Position numbers and translations under genes: made by a program. A stretch of 64,000 bases of DNA from an uncultured Gemmatimonadales bacterium (GTDB lineage Bacteria; Gemmatimonadota; Gemmatimonadetes; Gemmatimonadales; GWC2-71-9), in the NCBI GenBank assembly GCA_963825055.1, contig CAWGSK010000034.1, positions 1-64,000 on the forward strand. The letters run 5' to 3'. This document shows positions 49,254 to 58,892 of the stretch, in pieces. A model generated the notes under the pieces. The model was given only the letters and a program-made list of their open reading frames with translations, did not search any database and had not been told where the DNA came from. Each line of letters opens with the position of its first letter. Positions within the stretch are counted from its first letter, which is position 1.

Positions 49254-50368
49254 TGCACATCCTCCACGCGATCACGCCCGGGGTTGTGGGTGGTCTTGAG
49301 AGCGTCGTGCGCGCGCTGGCCGCCGGCCACGTCGCGCGGGGCCACGAGGTCACGGTTGTTGCCGTGGTGGATCCCGAGCCGGATCCCCATCCGCTGCTGA
49401 TGTCGCTCGAGGAAGCGGGAGTCCGGGTAGTGCGGATCCCCGCCAGGGGGCGGCGATACCTGCATGAACGCCGGAGGCTGCACGGCGAGATCGTACGACA
49501 ACACCCCGATGTGGTGCACACCCACGGGTATCGTTCGGACGTCCTCGCGGGCTCGGCCGCGCGCGCCGCCGGCGTCCCGACGCTCACCACGGTGCACGGC
49601 TTTACCGGCGGGGACTGGAAGAATCGGTTCTACGAGGCGGTCCAGCTGAGGGCATTCCGGCGTGCCGACGCCGTGGTCGCGGTGTCGCGTCCACTCGAAT
49701 CCCTGCTCCGGAGCAGGGGAGTGCCCGCCAGGCGGCTCGTCTTCCTCCGGAACGCCTGGGCGCCGGGCGGGCAGGCGCTCTCCAGGGAGGAGGCGCGTCA
49801 GCGGCTGGACCTTGGCGGGCCCGAGTTCCATGCGGGGTGGGTCGGGCGGATCAGCGCGGAGAAAGGCCTGGATGTCTTTCTTCGTGCGCTGGCGGACCCC
49901 CGGCTGCAGGGTGTTCGTGCGGTCGTGGTCGGGGAGGGCAGGGAAGGCGACGCGTGTGAGTCGCTTGCGCGCTCCCTGGGCGTGAGCGACCGGGTCACCT
50001 GGTGCGGCATGGTCCCGGAGGCAGGGCGGCTGGTACGGGCGTTCGATGCATTCGTGCTGAGCAGCCGGACGGAGGGCACGCCGATTACGTTGTTCGAGGC
50101 CATGGCGGCCGGCGTGCCGGTCGTGGCCAGTGCCGTGGGCGGGGTGCCCGACGTGGCGGGGGAGACCGCCCTCCTGGTACCGCCCGACGATCCGCCGGCA
50201 CTCGCGGGGGCGCTGGACGCGGTCCGTCGCGAACCCGAGCCGGCCGCCGGGCGCGCGGACGCCGCACGCCGTCGGCTGGCGGAACAGTACGGTACCCGCC
50301 CCTGGCTCGAAGCCTACGAGACTCTGTACGCGCGGCTCGCGTCGCGCCCCGCGCCCCGGAGACCATGA
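49253..50368 (+). CDS. glycosyltransferase family 4
   Basis: GGLE, VHTH, TVHG, VGRISAEKG, SRTEGTPITLFEAMAAG. Confidence 0.9.
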   Translation: MHILHAITPGVVGGLESVVRALAAGHVARGHEVTVVAVVDPEPDPHPLLMSLEEAGVRVVRIPARGRRYLHERRRLHGEIVRQHPDVVHTHGYRSDVLAGSAARAAGVPTLTTVHGFTGGDWKNRFYEAVQLRAFRRADAVVAVSRPLESLLRSRGVPARRLVFLRNAWAPGGQALSREEARQRLDLGGPEFHAGWVGRISAEKGLDVFLRALADPRLQGVRAVVVGEGREGDACESLARSLGVSDRVTWCGMVPEAGRLVRAFDAFVLSSRTEGTPITLFEAMAAGVPVVASAVGGVPDVAGETALLVPPDDPPALAGALDAVRREPEPAAGRADAARRRLAEQYGTRPWLEAYETLYARLASRPAPRRP

Positions 50369-51525
50369 ACGTCCTGATTGCGGTCCTCATCCTGATACCC
50401 GCGGCGCTCTTCGGCTATACGTATATCGGCTACCCGCTGCTGCTCCGGCTCCTGACGGTGGGCCGCGGGTCGAGGTTGCCCGCCACGGATCCGGACCCCT
50501 GGCCCGTCGTCAGCATCAGCCTTCCCGCCTACAACGAGGAAGCCAGCATCGGCCGCACCATCGAGTCACTGCTGGCCCTGGACTATCCGCCTGACCGCCG
50601 GCAGATCGTCGTGGTGTCTGATGCGTCCACCGATCGCACCGACGAGATCGTCCGGTCCTATGCGGACCGGGGGGTGGAGCTCGTCCGGATGCCGGAGCGG
50701 GGGGGCAAGACCGCAGCCGAGAACACGGCGGCGGCCATGCTGCGGGGCGACATCGTCGTCAACACGGACGCCACGATCCGGATACTTCCCGGGGCCCTGA
50801 AGCCGCTCGTTCGCGCCTTCCAGGACCCGACTATCGGCGTGGCCTCGGGGCGGGACATGAGCGTGGGTGACGTGACCAGCGACGCCAACAGCGGCGAGTC
50901 CGGGTATGTGGGCTACGAGATGTACGTGCGCGACCTTGAGACACAGTTCGGGTCGATCATCGGGGCGAGCGGGTGCTTCTATGCCATCCGCCGGGAGCTG
51001 CACCAGGCGCTGTTCCCCGAGGCGCTCAGCCGGGACTTCGCCTCCGCGCTCATCAGCCGGGAACACGGCCTGCGGGCGGTTTCGGTGCAGGACGCCGTGT
51101 GTCTCGTGCCGCGCGCTCCCTCGCTGCAGGTGGAGTTCCGCCGGAAGGTGCGTACCATGGCCCGCGGGCTCGACACGCTCTGGTACAAGCGTCACCTGCT
51201 GAACCCGTTCCGCTTCGGGCGCTTCGCCTGGATGCTCGCCAGCCACAAGCTGGCGCGGTGGCTGGTGTTCCTGACCCTGCCGCTCGCGCTGCTGGGGCTG
51301 TTCATCTGGAGCCTGGAAAGCCTGGCCGGAAAGGTGGCGCTGGGCCTCGCGGCGCTGGGCGCCCTCGCTGGAGTGGCCGGGGTGCGGTGGCCGACCTCGC
51401 CGCCGCCCCGGCTGCTCGGTCTGGCCGGGTTCATCCTGGCGTCACATGTGGCGGGATTCCTGGCCTGGCTCAAGGCGTTGCGCGGTGAGCGCAACCCGAT
51501 CTGGGAGCCGACCCGGCGTTCCTGA
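50365..51525 (+). CDS. glycosyltransferase family 2 (membrane-bound, EPS-type)
   Basis: YTYIGYP, LPAYNEE, VSDASTD, GKT, NTDA, GASGCFYAIRR, EFRRKVR; start at ATG 50365. Confidence 0.88.
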   Translation: MNVLIAVLILIPAALFGYTYIGYPLLLRLLTVGRGSRLPATDPDPWPVVSISLPAYNEEASIGRTIESLLALDYPPDRRQIVVVSDASTDRTDEIVRSYADRGVELVRMPERGGKTAAENTAAAMLRGDIVVNTDATIRILPGALKPLVRAFQDPTIGVASGRDMSVGDVTSDANSGESGYVGYEMYVRDLETQFGSIIGASGCFYAIRRELHQALFPEALSRDFASALISREHGLRAVSVQDAVCLVPRAPSLQVEFRRKVRTMARGLDTLWYKRHLLNPFRFGRFAWMLASHKLARWLVFLTLPLALLGLFIWSLESLAGKVALGLAALGALAGVAGVRWPTSPPPRLLGLAGFILASHVAGFLAWLKALRGERNPIWEPTRRS

Positions 51526-51527
51526 CG

Positions 51528-52166
51528 TCAGGTGGGCAGGACGCGCCGCATCACGGGGATGACCTCGCCGGCCACGTCCCGGGCGAGCGCGTCCGCCTCG
51601 CCGGGAGTCCGGCCTTCGAGCAGCGGCACGACAATCCGGACCAGGGCCTCCTCGGTCCGGCCGCGGAGTGCCGCGTCACGCAGCAGCTGGACCTTCACGC
51701 GGTATTCGTTCGACTCGATCCGGCCCCGCCCCTGATACCAGTAATACACCAGCACCTGCTGCTCCCCGTTCTGGAGCAGGTAGCGGTTGACCACCGCCGA
51801 GTCGCCCGCGCCCGCCGGCATGGCGATAATCGTGTTCGAGAGCTCCTCCCATCCGGCGCCCGGCAGGCAGTTCTTGGGCGAGTGGATTGTCTTCCCTTGC
51901 GTCTGGTGGTCGTAGTACCCGACGTACAGCGTGAACGCGATGAGCGTGTCGCGGGGGAAGACCCGGAAGAGATACTCGTCCATCCCGGCCACCCGCTGCT
52001 CGTCCTGGCTGATCGGCTGGTCGATGCCGGCGTATCCGGCGACCGTGTCGGGCAGGGTCTCGAGCGGCGCGGCGAGCGGCATGTCCCGCTGCCGGTTGAT
52101 GAACAGGATGAGGATGCAACCCGCGCCCAGCAGGGCGCCGGGGAGCCACGCCTTCCAGTCACGCAT
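51528..52166 (-). CDS. epsI: EpsI family exosortase-associated protein
   Basis: LYVGYY..Q..GKTIHSPKNCLPGAGW, VYYWYQ, ALVRI. Confidence 0.9.
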   Translation of the reverse strand: MRDWKAWLPGALLGAGCILILFINRQRDMPLAAPLETLPDTVAGYAGIDQPISQDEQRVAGMDEYLFRVFPRDTLIAFTLYVGYYDHQTQGKTIHSPKNCLPGAGWEELSNTIIAMPAGAGDSAVVNRYLLQNGEQQVLVYYWYQGRGRIESNEYRVKVQLLRDAALRGRTEEALVRIVVPLLEGRTPGEADALARDVAGEVIPVMRRVLPT

Positions 52167-53044
52167 CGGCCCGGCCCTCCAGGATCCGCTGTTCGATCGC
52201 GCGTCCCGCCCAGGCGGTGAGCGCCAGGATGGCGAAGGCCACCACGAACAGGAGCCACCCTTCACTCAGGTGCATGAAGCCCTTGCCCATCTCGGGGGAG
52301 ACGTTGTAGACCAGGAACCCCGTCAGGAACACGCGGAAGGCATTGATGAAAACCGCCACGGGAAGCGTGAGGACCAGGAGGAGCACGCGAGTGACGGGAT
52401 GGCGCAGCCAGAGCCCCCCGATCAGGACGCCCAGGGCCAGCAGGGCCGTCAGCGAGCGAAGGCCGCTGCATGCCTCGGTGACGAAGAGCGACTGGCCCGG
52501 CAGCAGGATGACATTGCCGGAGAGGTGCACCGGCACGTGCCGGAACTCGAGCAGCGCCGCGCCCATCGCCGACGCGCGCAGCTGCAGCGGGAACGCCAGC
52601 GCATTGGTCAGGACCGCCGGGATCGGGATCGAGAGCAGGATGAGCGTGAGCGGCAGCCACCAGTGCAGCAGCTGGCGCCATCCCCACACGAAACAGATGA
52701 TGCCCCCCAGTGCCAGCAGCATCGAGAAGCGCATCGTGAAGAGCTCGGCGGCCAGTCCGGACAGGTAGCGCAGCAGGATGGCACTGACCAGCAGCACGAT
52801 CCCCAGTGGCCCGGTTCGGCGTCGTCCCCGCGCGGATCCCGGCCCGCCACGCCAGCCAGATGGCGATGGGCGCGAGCAGGAGGCCGTGTCCGGCATCGGG
52901 ATCGTTCCACCAGTCCCGGCCGAGCAGGTAGAGCGGCTCGGCGAAGAGGAGCAGGAACGTGACCGCGGTCAGCAAGTGGGGCGCCAGGCCCCTGAAGCCT
53001 CGCGCCCCTCGTGACACGGCGATCGATTCGGCGTGCGTGGCCAC
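52159..53044 (-). CDS. epsH: exosortase (EpsH/Xrt family), frameshift near 52810
   Basis: WWNDPDAGHGLL in one frame; IPIP, PLQL, VTEACSGLRSL, NAFRV, H..EG (catalytic C, R, H) in the next. Confidence 0.88.
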
Positions 53045-53047
53045 GCG

Positions 53048-53794
53048 CTACCAGCCTCCCCGCCTGAAGAGCATCACCGGCACCGTCTTCAGCATGATCT
53101 TGACGTCCTCCCACACCGACCACCGCTCGATGTACTCGAGGTCGTAGCGAACCTTGTTGCGGACGTCGTCGAGGCAGGCATCATAGTGCTGGTTGATCTG
53201 GGCGAGGCCTGTAATGCCCGGCTTGGCCCGCTGGCGGAGCGCGTAGCCGTCCACGTCCACCCGGAGCTTCGCGAAGAGACTGGGTCGCTCCGGACGGGGG
53301 CCGACGATGTTCATGTCGCCGTTGACCACGTTGATCAGCTGGGGCAGCTCATCCAGCCGGTACTTCCGCAGCAGCCGCCCGATGAAAGTCACGCGAGGGT
53401 CCTCCTGCGTGGCCCAGACCGCGCCGGAAAGATGCTCGGCGTTCACGTGCATCGTGCGGAACTTGTAGATCGTGAAGATCTGCCCGCCCAGATCCTGGAT
53501 CCGGCGATGGTGGGGCACGCGTGCGGCACCACCCCGACGGTCAATGCCCACCCTGGTCTGGCTGTAGAATACCGGTCCCCGGCTGGTGACCTTGACCAGG
53601 ACGGCGACCAGCAGCATGAGCGGGGAGAGCAGGATCAGGGCCGTTAGCGCAAGCGTGACGTTGAGCGCCCGGGACAGGCGCTCGGCCCCGCCGCCGGCGT
53701 GGTCGGCCGGCGGCGCGTCCTCGACGAGGCGGAGGTTGTTTGGCTGTCTGGGCCGCATGGGCAGGGCCCGGGTTGGGCTGGTTGTCTGCGTCAT
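53048..53794 (-). CDS. priming sugar transferase (polyprenyl-phosphate hexose-1-phosphate transferase domain)
   Basis: YKFRTM, DPRVT..GR.LRKYRLDELPQL.NV..GDM.IVGPRPER, KPGITGLAQ, DLEYI. Confidence 0.92.
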   Translation of the reverse strand: MTQTTSPTRALPMRPRQPNNLRLVEDAPPADHAGGGAERLSRALNVTLALTALILLSPLMLLVAVLVKVTSRGPVFYSQTRVGIDRRGGAARVPHHRRIQDLGGQIFTIYKFRTMHVNAEHLSGAVWATQEDPRVTFIGRLLRKYRLDELPQLINVVNGDMNIVGPRPERPSLFAKLRVDVDGYALRQRAKPGITGLAQINQHYDACLDDVRNKVRYDLEYIERWSVWEDVKIMLKTVPVMLFRRGGW

Positions 53795-54628
53795 TACCAG
53801 ATACCGGCGAGACGTCCCAGGCCGTAGAAGCTCAGGATGAGGCCGGGGATGATCGCGAACGTCCGGAGGGTCTGCAGCCAGTTCTTGGGCGGGGTCTGCA
53901 CCAACCTCGAACTCATCGCCGGGGCGGAGGTTCAGCTGGTCCGGCGTCCTCGCCTCCTCAATGGCCCGGGAAATCTCCTTGCCTTCCCAGATCTCCTGTC
54001 CACTCCGGCGGATCTTGGACTTGTCATAGTCCACTGCCCCGGTCGGACCTCCGGCCTGCATGATCACCTCGGGCAGCGGCAGGTCGGCCGGAACCTGGTA
54101 GAAGCCGGGATTACCGATGCCACCCATCATGGACAGCCGGATCAGCGGTGTCACCTGGACGGTCTGGTCCCGGAAGAGGTGGCTCATCTGGTCGGCGATG
54201 TACTGCCGAGCCTCGGAGCGGATCACACCGTGCATCGAGATCTCGGGGAGGCCGGGCAGCTGGAGGATCTGACCCGGCGCGATCGTAAAAATGCCATTGA
54301 CGGGCGCGTCCCCGGGGGTGACCGGCACCGACATCACAATCTGGATCTGGTCACCGTTGCGGAAATCGCCATCCTGGAGACGTTCCTCCAGTATGGTGAC
54401 TTCCTGCTTCTTCTGGTTGCGGAGATCGTCCGAATAGGCCCGGGAGCTGACGATCCGCTGCGCTTCCTCAAGCGAGGCCTGCAATTCCGCCCGGGTCGCC
54501 ATGGCGCGCCTCCCGCCGCCCGGCTCCTGCGCCTTGGCGGTGGCCGGAGCCACAAGCAGGACGAGCGCGAACAGGACGGCAAGGCGTCCGGCCACCGTGC
54601 GGGTAGATCGAAGGTGTGCTTGGGTCAT
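53794..54628 (-). CDS. Wza-like polysaccharide export protein (poly_export/SLBB), frameshift near 53895
   Basis: signal peptide; GDQI, LPGLPEI..GV, G.IGNPGFY, AGG, LRPGD; the likely true C-terminus KNWLQTLRTFAIIPGLILSFYGLGRLAGIW* lies in another frame and ends in a TAATG overlap. Confidence 0.75.
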
Positions 54629-55153
54629 GGGCTCCCTGAGCGCATGGTGCGTGCTTGGAATGGGGCCTGCTCCGCATATCGTGTTGCGGATCTAAGTTGC
54701 CAAAGTACAGACATTTAGCAAAAATACCAGCCGACAGGCGGTCGTTCAGTGATGCGCGTTGTTGCAACCGCTGGACAGCACCTGAAGGGAGCCTGCCACA
54801 TGATGCACCCTTCCCTGACCTCACATCCGGCTGTGACAACGCCAATGGGCACCCGTCACAATCAGTTTCCCGCGCTTATGGACGGCGCTCCACGCGAGGA
54901 TCGGGCCACTGTCACAACTTGTGCAGTGATTTGCACCTGATGGCCTAACTGCAGTCGCTAGAGGGATTTCCGGGACGAAAGTGTGGCACTTGCGCGGCGG
55001 CGTTGCGCGATCTCCCGGCTGCCTTGCCACATAAAGTGCTGGCACCAAACAGTTTGACTATTTTCAGCCTGACTGCACGACTCCTGCAGTACACTGGGTG
55101 AACTCCTCAGATAGTCCAATCTCTCTGTCGCCTGACCATACCCCCGAGAGGCC

Positions 55154-56110
55154 ATGAGCGATCGCGAGAAAACTGCCCGACCCCCACTCGTGCTGATTGC
55201 GAGCGACCAGGAATGGTCCGCCCGGTCCATCGAGACCATCCTCGCGCCGAACGGGTACGCCGTGCTGCGAGCGTACACCGGCGCACAGGCGCTCGAGCGC
55301 GCGGGGGCGGCACAGCCCGACCTGGTCATCGTCGATGCCCACCTGCCGGATGACAACGGCATCGAATTGTGCCGGCAGCTGCGCGCCGATGACCGCATCG
55401 GCGACAGTGTGCCGATCATCGTGACCACCTCAGGCCCGTCCGGGCGCGCCCAGCGGCTCGATGCCTACCGCGCAGGTGCCTGGGAGTTCCTGGGCCAGCC
55501 GCTGGACGGCGAGGCCCTCCTGCTCAAGCTGGATCAGTTCATCCGCTCCAAATTCGCCATGGACCGCATCCGCGACGAGAGCCTCATCGATGAGATGACC
55601 GGCCTCTATAACATGCGTGGCCTCGCCAAGCGGGCCCGCGAGATCGGTTCGGAGGCCTGGCGGCGCCAGGGCGCGCTCGCCTGCGTGGCCTTCTCGCCCG
55701 AACCGGGCAACATATCCATCGATTCCGCGGATGACGATACGGCTCGCCAGGTGGCCCGCTGGGTCGGAGAGGTCATACGGGCTTCCGGCCGGACGTCAGA
55801 CGCGATCGGCCGCCTCGGCCGGGCCGAGTTTGCGGTGATCGCGCCGTTCACGGAATCCGAGGGTGCGGTGCGCCTCATGCGCCGGCTGGGCGAGTCCATC
55901 GAGGGCCGCCCGATCGACCTGGGCGCCGATGACCCGACGTCCCTCAGGATCCGGGCCGGCTATGCAGCCGTCCCCGACTTCCGGGAGTCCTCGGTGGATG
56001 CGGTGGAGATGCTCCTGAGAGCGACAACCGCCCTCCGCCACCTCAAGAGCGAGGGCAACGGAGAGCGGATCAAGTCGTGGGACCAGGTGCCGGTCAGGCC
56101 TTCGAACTGA
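55154..56110 (+). CDS. response regulator with REC plus a degenerate GGDEF domain
   Basis: PDLVIVDAHLP, GAWEFL; DEMTGLYNMRG, but RLGRAEF replaces GG(D/E)EF. Confidence 0.8.
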   Translation: MSDREKTARPPLVLIASDQEWSARSIETILAPNGYAVLRAYTGAQALERAGAAQPDLVIVDAHLPDDNGIELCRQLRADDRIGDSVPIIVTTSGPSGRAQRLDAYRAGAWEFLGQPLDGEALLLKLDQFIRSKFAMDRIRDESLIDEMTGLYNMRGLAKRAREIGSEAWRRQGALACVAFSPEPGNISIDSADDDTARQVARWVGEVIRASGRTSDAIGRLGRAEFAVIAPFTESEGAVRLMRRLGESIEGRPIDLGADDPTSLRIRAGYAAVPDFRESSVDAVEMLLRATTALRHLKSEGNGERIKSWDQVPVRPSN

Positions 56111-58493
56111 CCTCTGCGGACTCGGCGGCCAGTCGGCCCGTCGCTTCCTCGTCCGCCGAATACCCATACAGGTACGAGTAGTAGCGGTAGACCCCCTCGG
56201 TGCGGATGTCGTTGAGCACCGCGCCAAGGACCCGCACGGGCAGCCGGTCGAGGAGCTTGAGCTTCGCCTCGGCCATCGCGCGGTCCGTCTCGCCGGAGCG
56301 GAATACCATCAGCATGTGGCCGGTGGCAGTGCCCAGCACGAACGGGTCGATGCCGGCGCCCAGGGGCGGACTGTCCACGATCACGACGTTGAACTGCGTC
56401 TTGACCGCGCCCATGAGGCTGCTCATCGCTGCCGAGCCCAGCAGCTCCGGACCCTGCTGGCGGCGGGTGCCGCACGGGATCACGCTCAGGCCGTCATGGC
56501 TCGCCACCTTGATGATGGATTCCATGCTCGCATCGCCCACCAGATAGTCCAGCAGCCCCGGACGGCGGTCCAGGCTGAACATGCGGTGCAGTTCGCCCCG
56601 GCGGGTGTCGCCGTCGACCAGGAGCGTCTTGTAGCCCGCCTCCGCGAACGAAAGCGCAAGGTTGGACGAGACGAGCGACTTGCCGTCACCCGGGCCGGGG
56701 CTCGAGACGGTCAGGAGCACCGGGCCCGCCGAGCCGTAACTGTGCGCAAGATTGAGGCGGATCGTGCGGAATGCCTCGACCACCTGGGCGGCCTCATCGG
56801 TGCTGAGCTGCCGCCCGTTCGACTTCCGGATGGCCGGCACGGCTCCGAGGATGCTCAGCCCCAGCTCCTTGGTGACCTGCTCGGGATAGCGGAATCGCTT
56901 GTCGAGCTGGTCGAGCAGGAGGGCCAGGGCCAGGGCGGCGCCCAGGCTGGCGGCGAACGCCATCAGGATGATGCGCGGCGCGGTGTTGCTGGTCGGCCGA
57001 CGCGGGGGTACGGCCACGTCCAGGATGCTGATGTCGGCGAAGGCACTGGCCTCGGCCAGCCGGTTGGTCTCGTAGCGGGACTGAATGTCGGCGAAGAGGT
57101 TCGCCTTGGCGCCCACCTCGCGCTGCAGTCGGTTTTCCTCGATGGTCCGCGCGGGGATCTCCCGGAGCTCGGTGCTCTGCGCGCTGATGTCCTGCTGCAG
57201 CTCACGCTCCCGGCTCTGCAGCTCGGTCACGAGGGCCGAGGCATACCGTGGGATCGTCTGCGTCCGGAGGGAATCCATCCGCTCGCGCACGTCCTGCACC
57301 GGCTTGTGCTCATCGGTGTAGCGGTAGCGCAGTGCCCGCAACTCGGCCTCGCTCGCGGACAGCTCCTGCAGGGCCGCGTTCAGGTTGGGCGAGTTCTGGG
57401 CGGCCCCGATCGTCTGGAAGGCCTCGACCGAGACGTCACCGTTGCGCGCCCGGCCGATAGTGGCCTGCAGCGCCGCGCGGTCACGCTTGAGCTGCTCGAG
57501 CGCCACCTTCTTCTGGAAGAAGTCCGTGATGGCCGGTGCCTGGGTGGACTGGATGCCCGGCGCAACCGCGAAGCCCTGCTCCGAGGGAAGGGTGATGACC
57601 TGCGTCCGGAAGTTCTGGAGCCGGGACTCCGCCGAGGCAAGCTGCGCGGCGGCGGTATCGAGCTGCTCCTTCAGGATCCGGGACATCTCGGTCAGCTTGG
57701 CCCGCTTGAGGTCGGCCGCCAGCTGGACGAACTGGGTATCGATCGCGTTCAGCGTCCGGGAGAGGCGCCGCGGGTTGGTTCCCGACAGCGAGACCCGGAG
57801 GAAGTTGCTTTCCTCCGGCATGCTCGTGTTCAGGTTCTGCTGGAGGTCGACCGAGGCATCCCGCGGGGTCGTGATGTCGAACTTGATCTCGCGGTCCTGT
57901 CCGAGCTGGGCCGCCGCCGGCTGCCACTGAAAGCCCACCGGGCGCCCGATGGAATCGCCCACGGCTCCGGCGTCCACCGGCTGGCCGTCCTCGTCCAGCA
58001 GGGTGTACTGCCGGCCCCCGCCGGAGATCACCAGCTTGTAGCCGCCCGGCACCAGGTTCTCCGCCACCCGCATGCCCCGGAAGAGCGGCGCGTCGTCCGG
58101 GCTGTCGGGCGTAGCGAAGAGTGCTTCCCGCTGGACGACGCTGTCAATGACCGCAAAGCTGCGGAGGAGCTCGATCCAGCCGAAGCCGCCGACGAGGCTG
58201 GCAGGCCGGATCGGGCCGTTCTTGCCGCCCCCGCCGTCAATGGTGAGGGTGGTACGGGTGACGTATTCCGGGTCAATGAAACGGGTGATTGCGACGCCTA
58301 TCGCGGTTCCCACCAGCGTGATCAGGAGAATGAGCCACTTGTAGCGGGCAAGCGCGGACAGGTAGCGGCTCCACTGGATCCCGTCCGACGATTCCACCGG
58401 GGCAGGCGGATAGGCCCCCCCATGCTGGAGCGCCGCCGCATTATGGGCGTCGACCGTGGTCGGGGAAGAAGAAGGAACGAGATTGCCGGCCAT
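56094..58493 (-). CDS. wzc: polysaccharide co-polymerase/tyrosine autokinase (Wzc)
   Basis: two TMs, coiled coil, YTDEH, EAFRTIR, SSPGPGDGKS, LVDGDTRR, IVDSPP, C-terminal Tyr cluster YRYYSYLYGY. Confidence 0.92.
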   Translation of the reverse strand: MAGNLVPSSSPTTVDAHNAAALQHGGAYPPAPVESSDGIQWSRYLSALARYKWLILLITLVGTAIGVAITRFIDPEYVTRTTLTIDGGGGKNGPIRPASLVGGFGWIELLRSFAVIDSVVQREALFATPDSPDDAPLFRGMRVAENLVPGGYKLVISGGGRQYTLLDEDGQPVDAGAVGDSIGRPVGFQWQPAAAQLGQDREIKFDITTPRDASVDLQQNLNTSMPEESNFLRVSLSGTNPRRLSRTLNAIDTQFVQLAADLKRAKLTEMSRILKEQLDTAAAQLASAESRLQNFRTQVITLPSEQGFAVAPGIQSTQAPAITDFFQKKVALEQLKRDRAALQATIGRARNGDVSVEAFQTIGAAQNSPNLNAALQELSASEAELRALRYRYTDEHKPVQDVRERMDSLRTQTIPRYASALVTELQSRERELQQDISAQSTELREIPARTIEENRLQREVGAKANLFADIQSRYETNRLAEASAFADISILDVAVPPRRPTSNTAPRIILMAFAASLGAALALALLLDQLDKRFRYPEQVTKELGLSILGAVPAIRKSNGRQLSTDEAAQVVEAFRTIRLNLAHSYGSAGPVLLTVSSPGPGDGKSLVSSNLALSFAEAGYKTLLVDGDTRRGELHRMFSLDRRPGLLDYLVGDASMESIIKVASHDGLSVIPCGTRRQQGPELLGSAAMSSLMGAVKTQFNVVIVDSPPLGAGIDPFVLGTATGHMLMVFRSGETDRAMAEAKLKLLDRLPVRVLGAVLNDIRTEGVYRYYSYLYGYSADEEATGRLAAESAEVSSKA

Positions 58494-58556
58494 GCACGAT
58501 TCTCCGGATTACGGGGTCCCGCCGTACAGCTAGTATGGAATGGCTGCCAAACGATA

Positions 58557-58572
58557 CGCAAAGGCGATACCG
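58557..58572 (-). promoter_or_regulatory. sigma54 promoter of wzc
   Basis: minus strand CGGTAT-CGCCT-TTGCG with GG-N10-GC spacing. Confidence 0.6.
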
Positions 58573-58688
58573 CCGGGTCCATCCCGGCCAAAGTCAGGCA
58601 ATGGCCCGACTTTCGCCATCATGAATTTCAAAGCTAACGACGATTCCGCACCGCGACATGATTCATGTTGTCGCGCGGACGCACCTTA

Positions 58689-58729
58689 TGTTGCTGCAAC
58701 GCAACAGCCAATGTTGGGCCAATCAAACG
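58689..58729. promoter_or_regulatory. tandem TGTTG-N8-CAACA sites between wzc and the activator gene
   Basis: TGTTGCTGCAACGCAACA (58689-58706) and TGTTGGGCCAATCAAACG (58712-58729), about 120 bp upstream of the wzc sigma54 promoter. Confidence 0.6.
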
Positions 58730-58892
58730 ATTTTGCTTGACTTGCGCCTCATAGTGTGGTATTTCGGAAACTGCTCGGTATTTGCAGGAAGTACCGGAGA
58801 GGTCGCCCGACGGCGGCCTGATCTTCCGGGGATTCCCCGGCCGCCGGCCCTGAGGGGCCAGCCTACTGCCGTTTGTTGCAAGGAGACTTTCG

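Noticed and set aside
53048..54628. Apparent novel 526-aa fusion of a Wza/SLBB export protein and a priming sugar transferase
   Set aside because: A proper amphipathic C-terminus ending in a TAATG stop/start overlap exists in another frame, so the fusion is produced by an indel near 53895
54718..54733. Possible minus-strand sigma54 promoter for the export operon (CGGCTGGTATTTTTGCT)
   Set aside because: The GG-to-GC spacing is 11 rather than 10; it could reflect a homopolymer error but cannot be supported as is
55154..56110. Active diguanylate cyclase
   Set aside because: The active-site motif is GRAEF, not GG(D/E)EF
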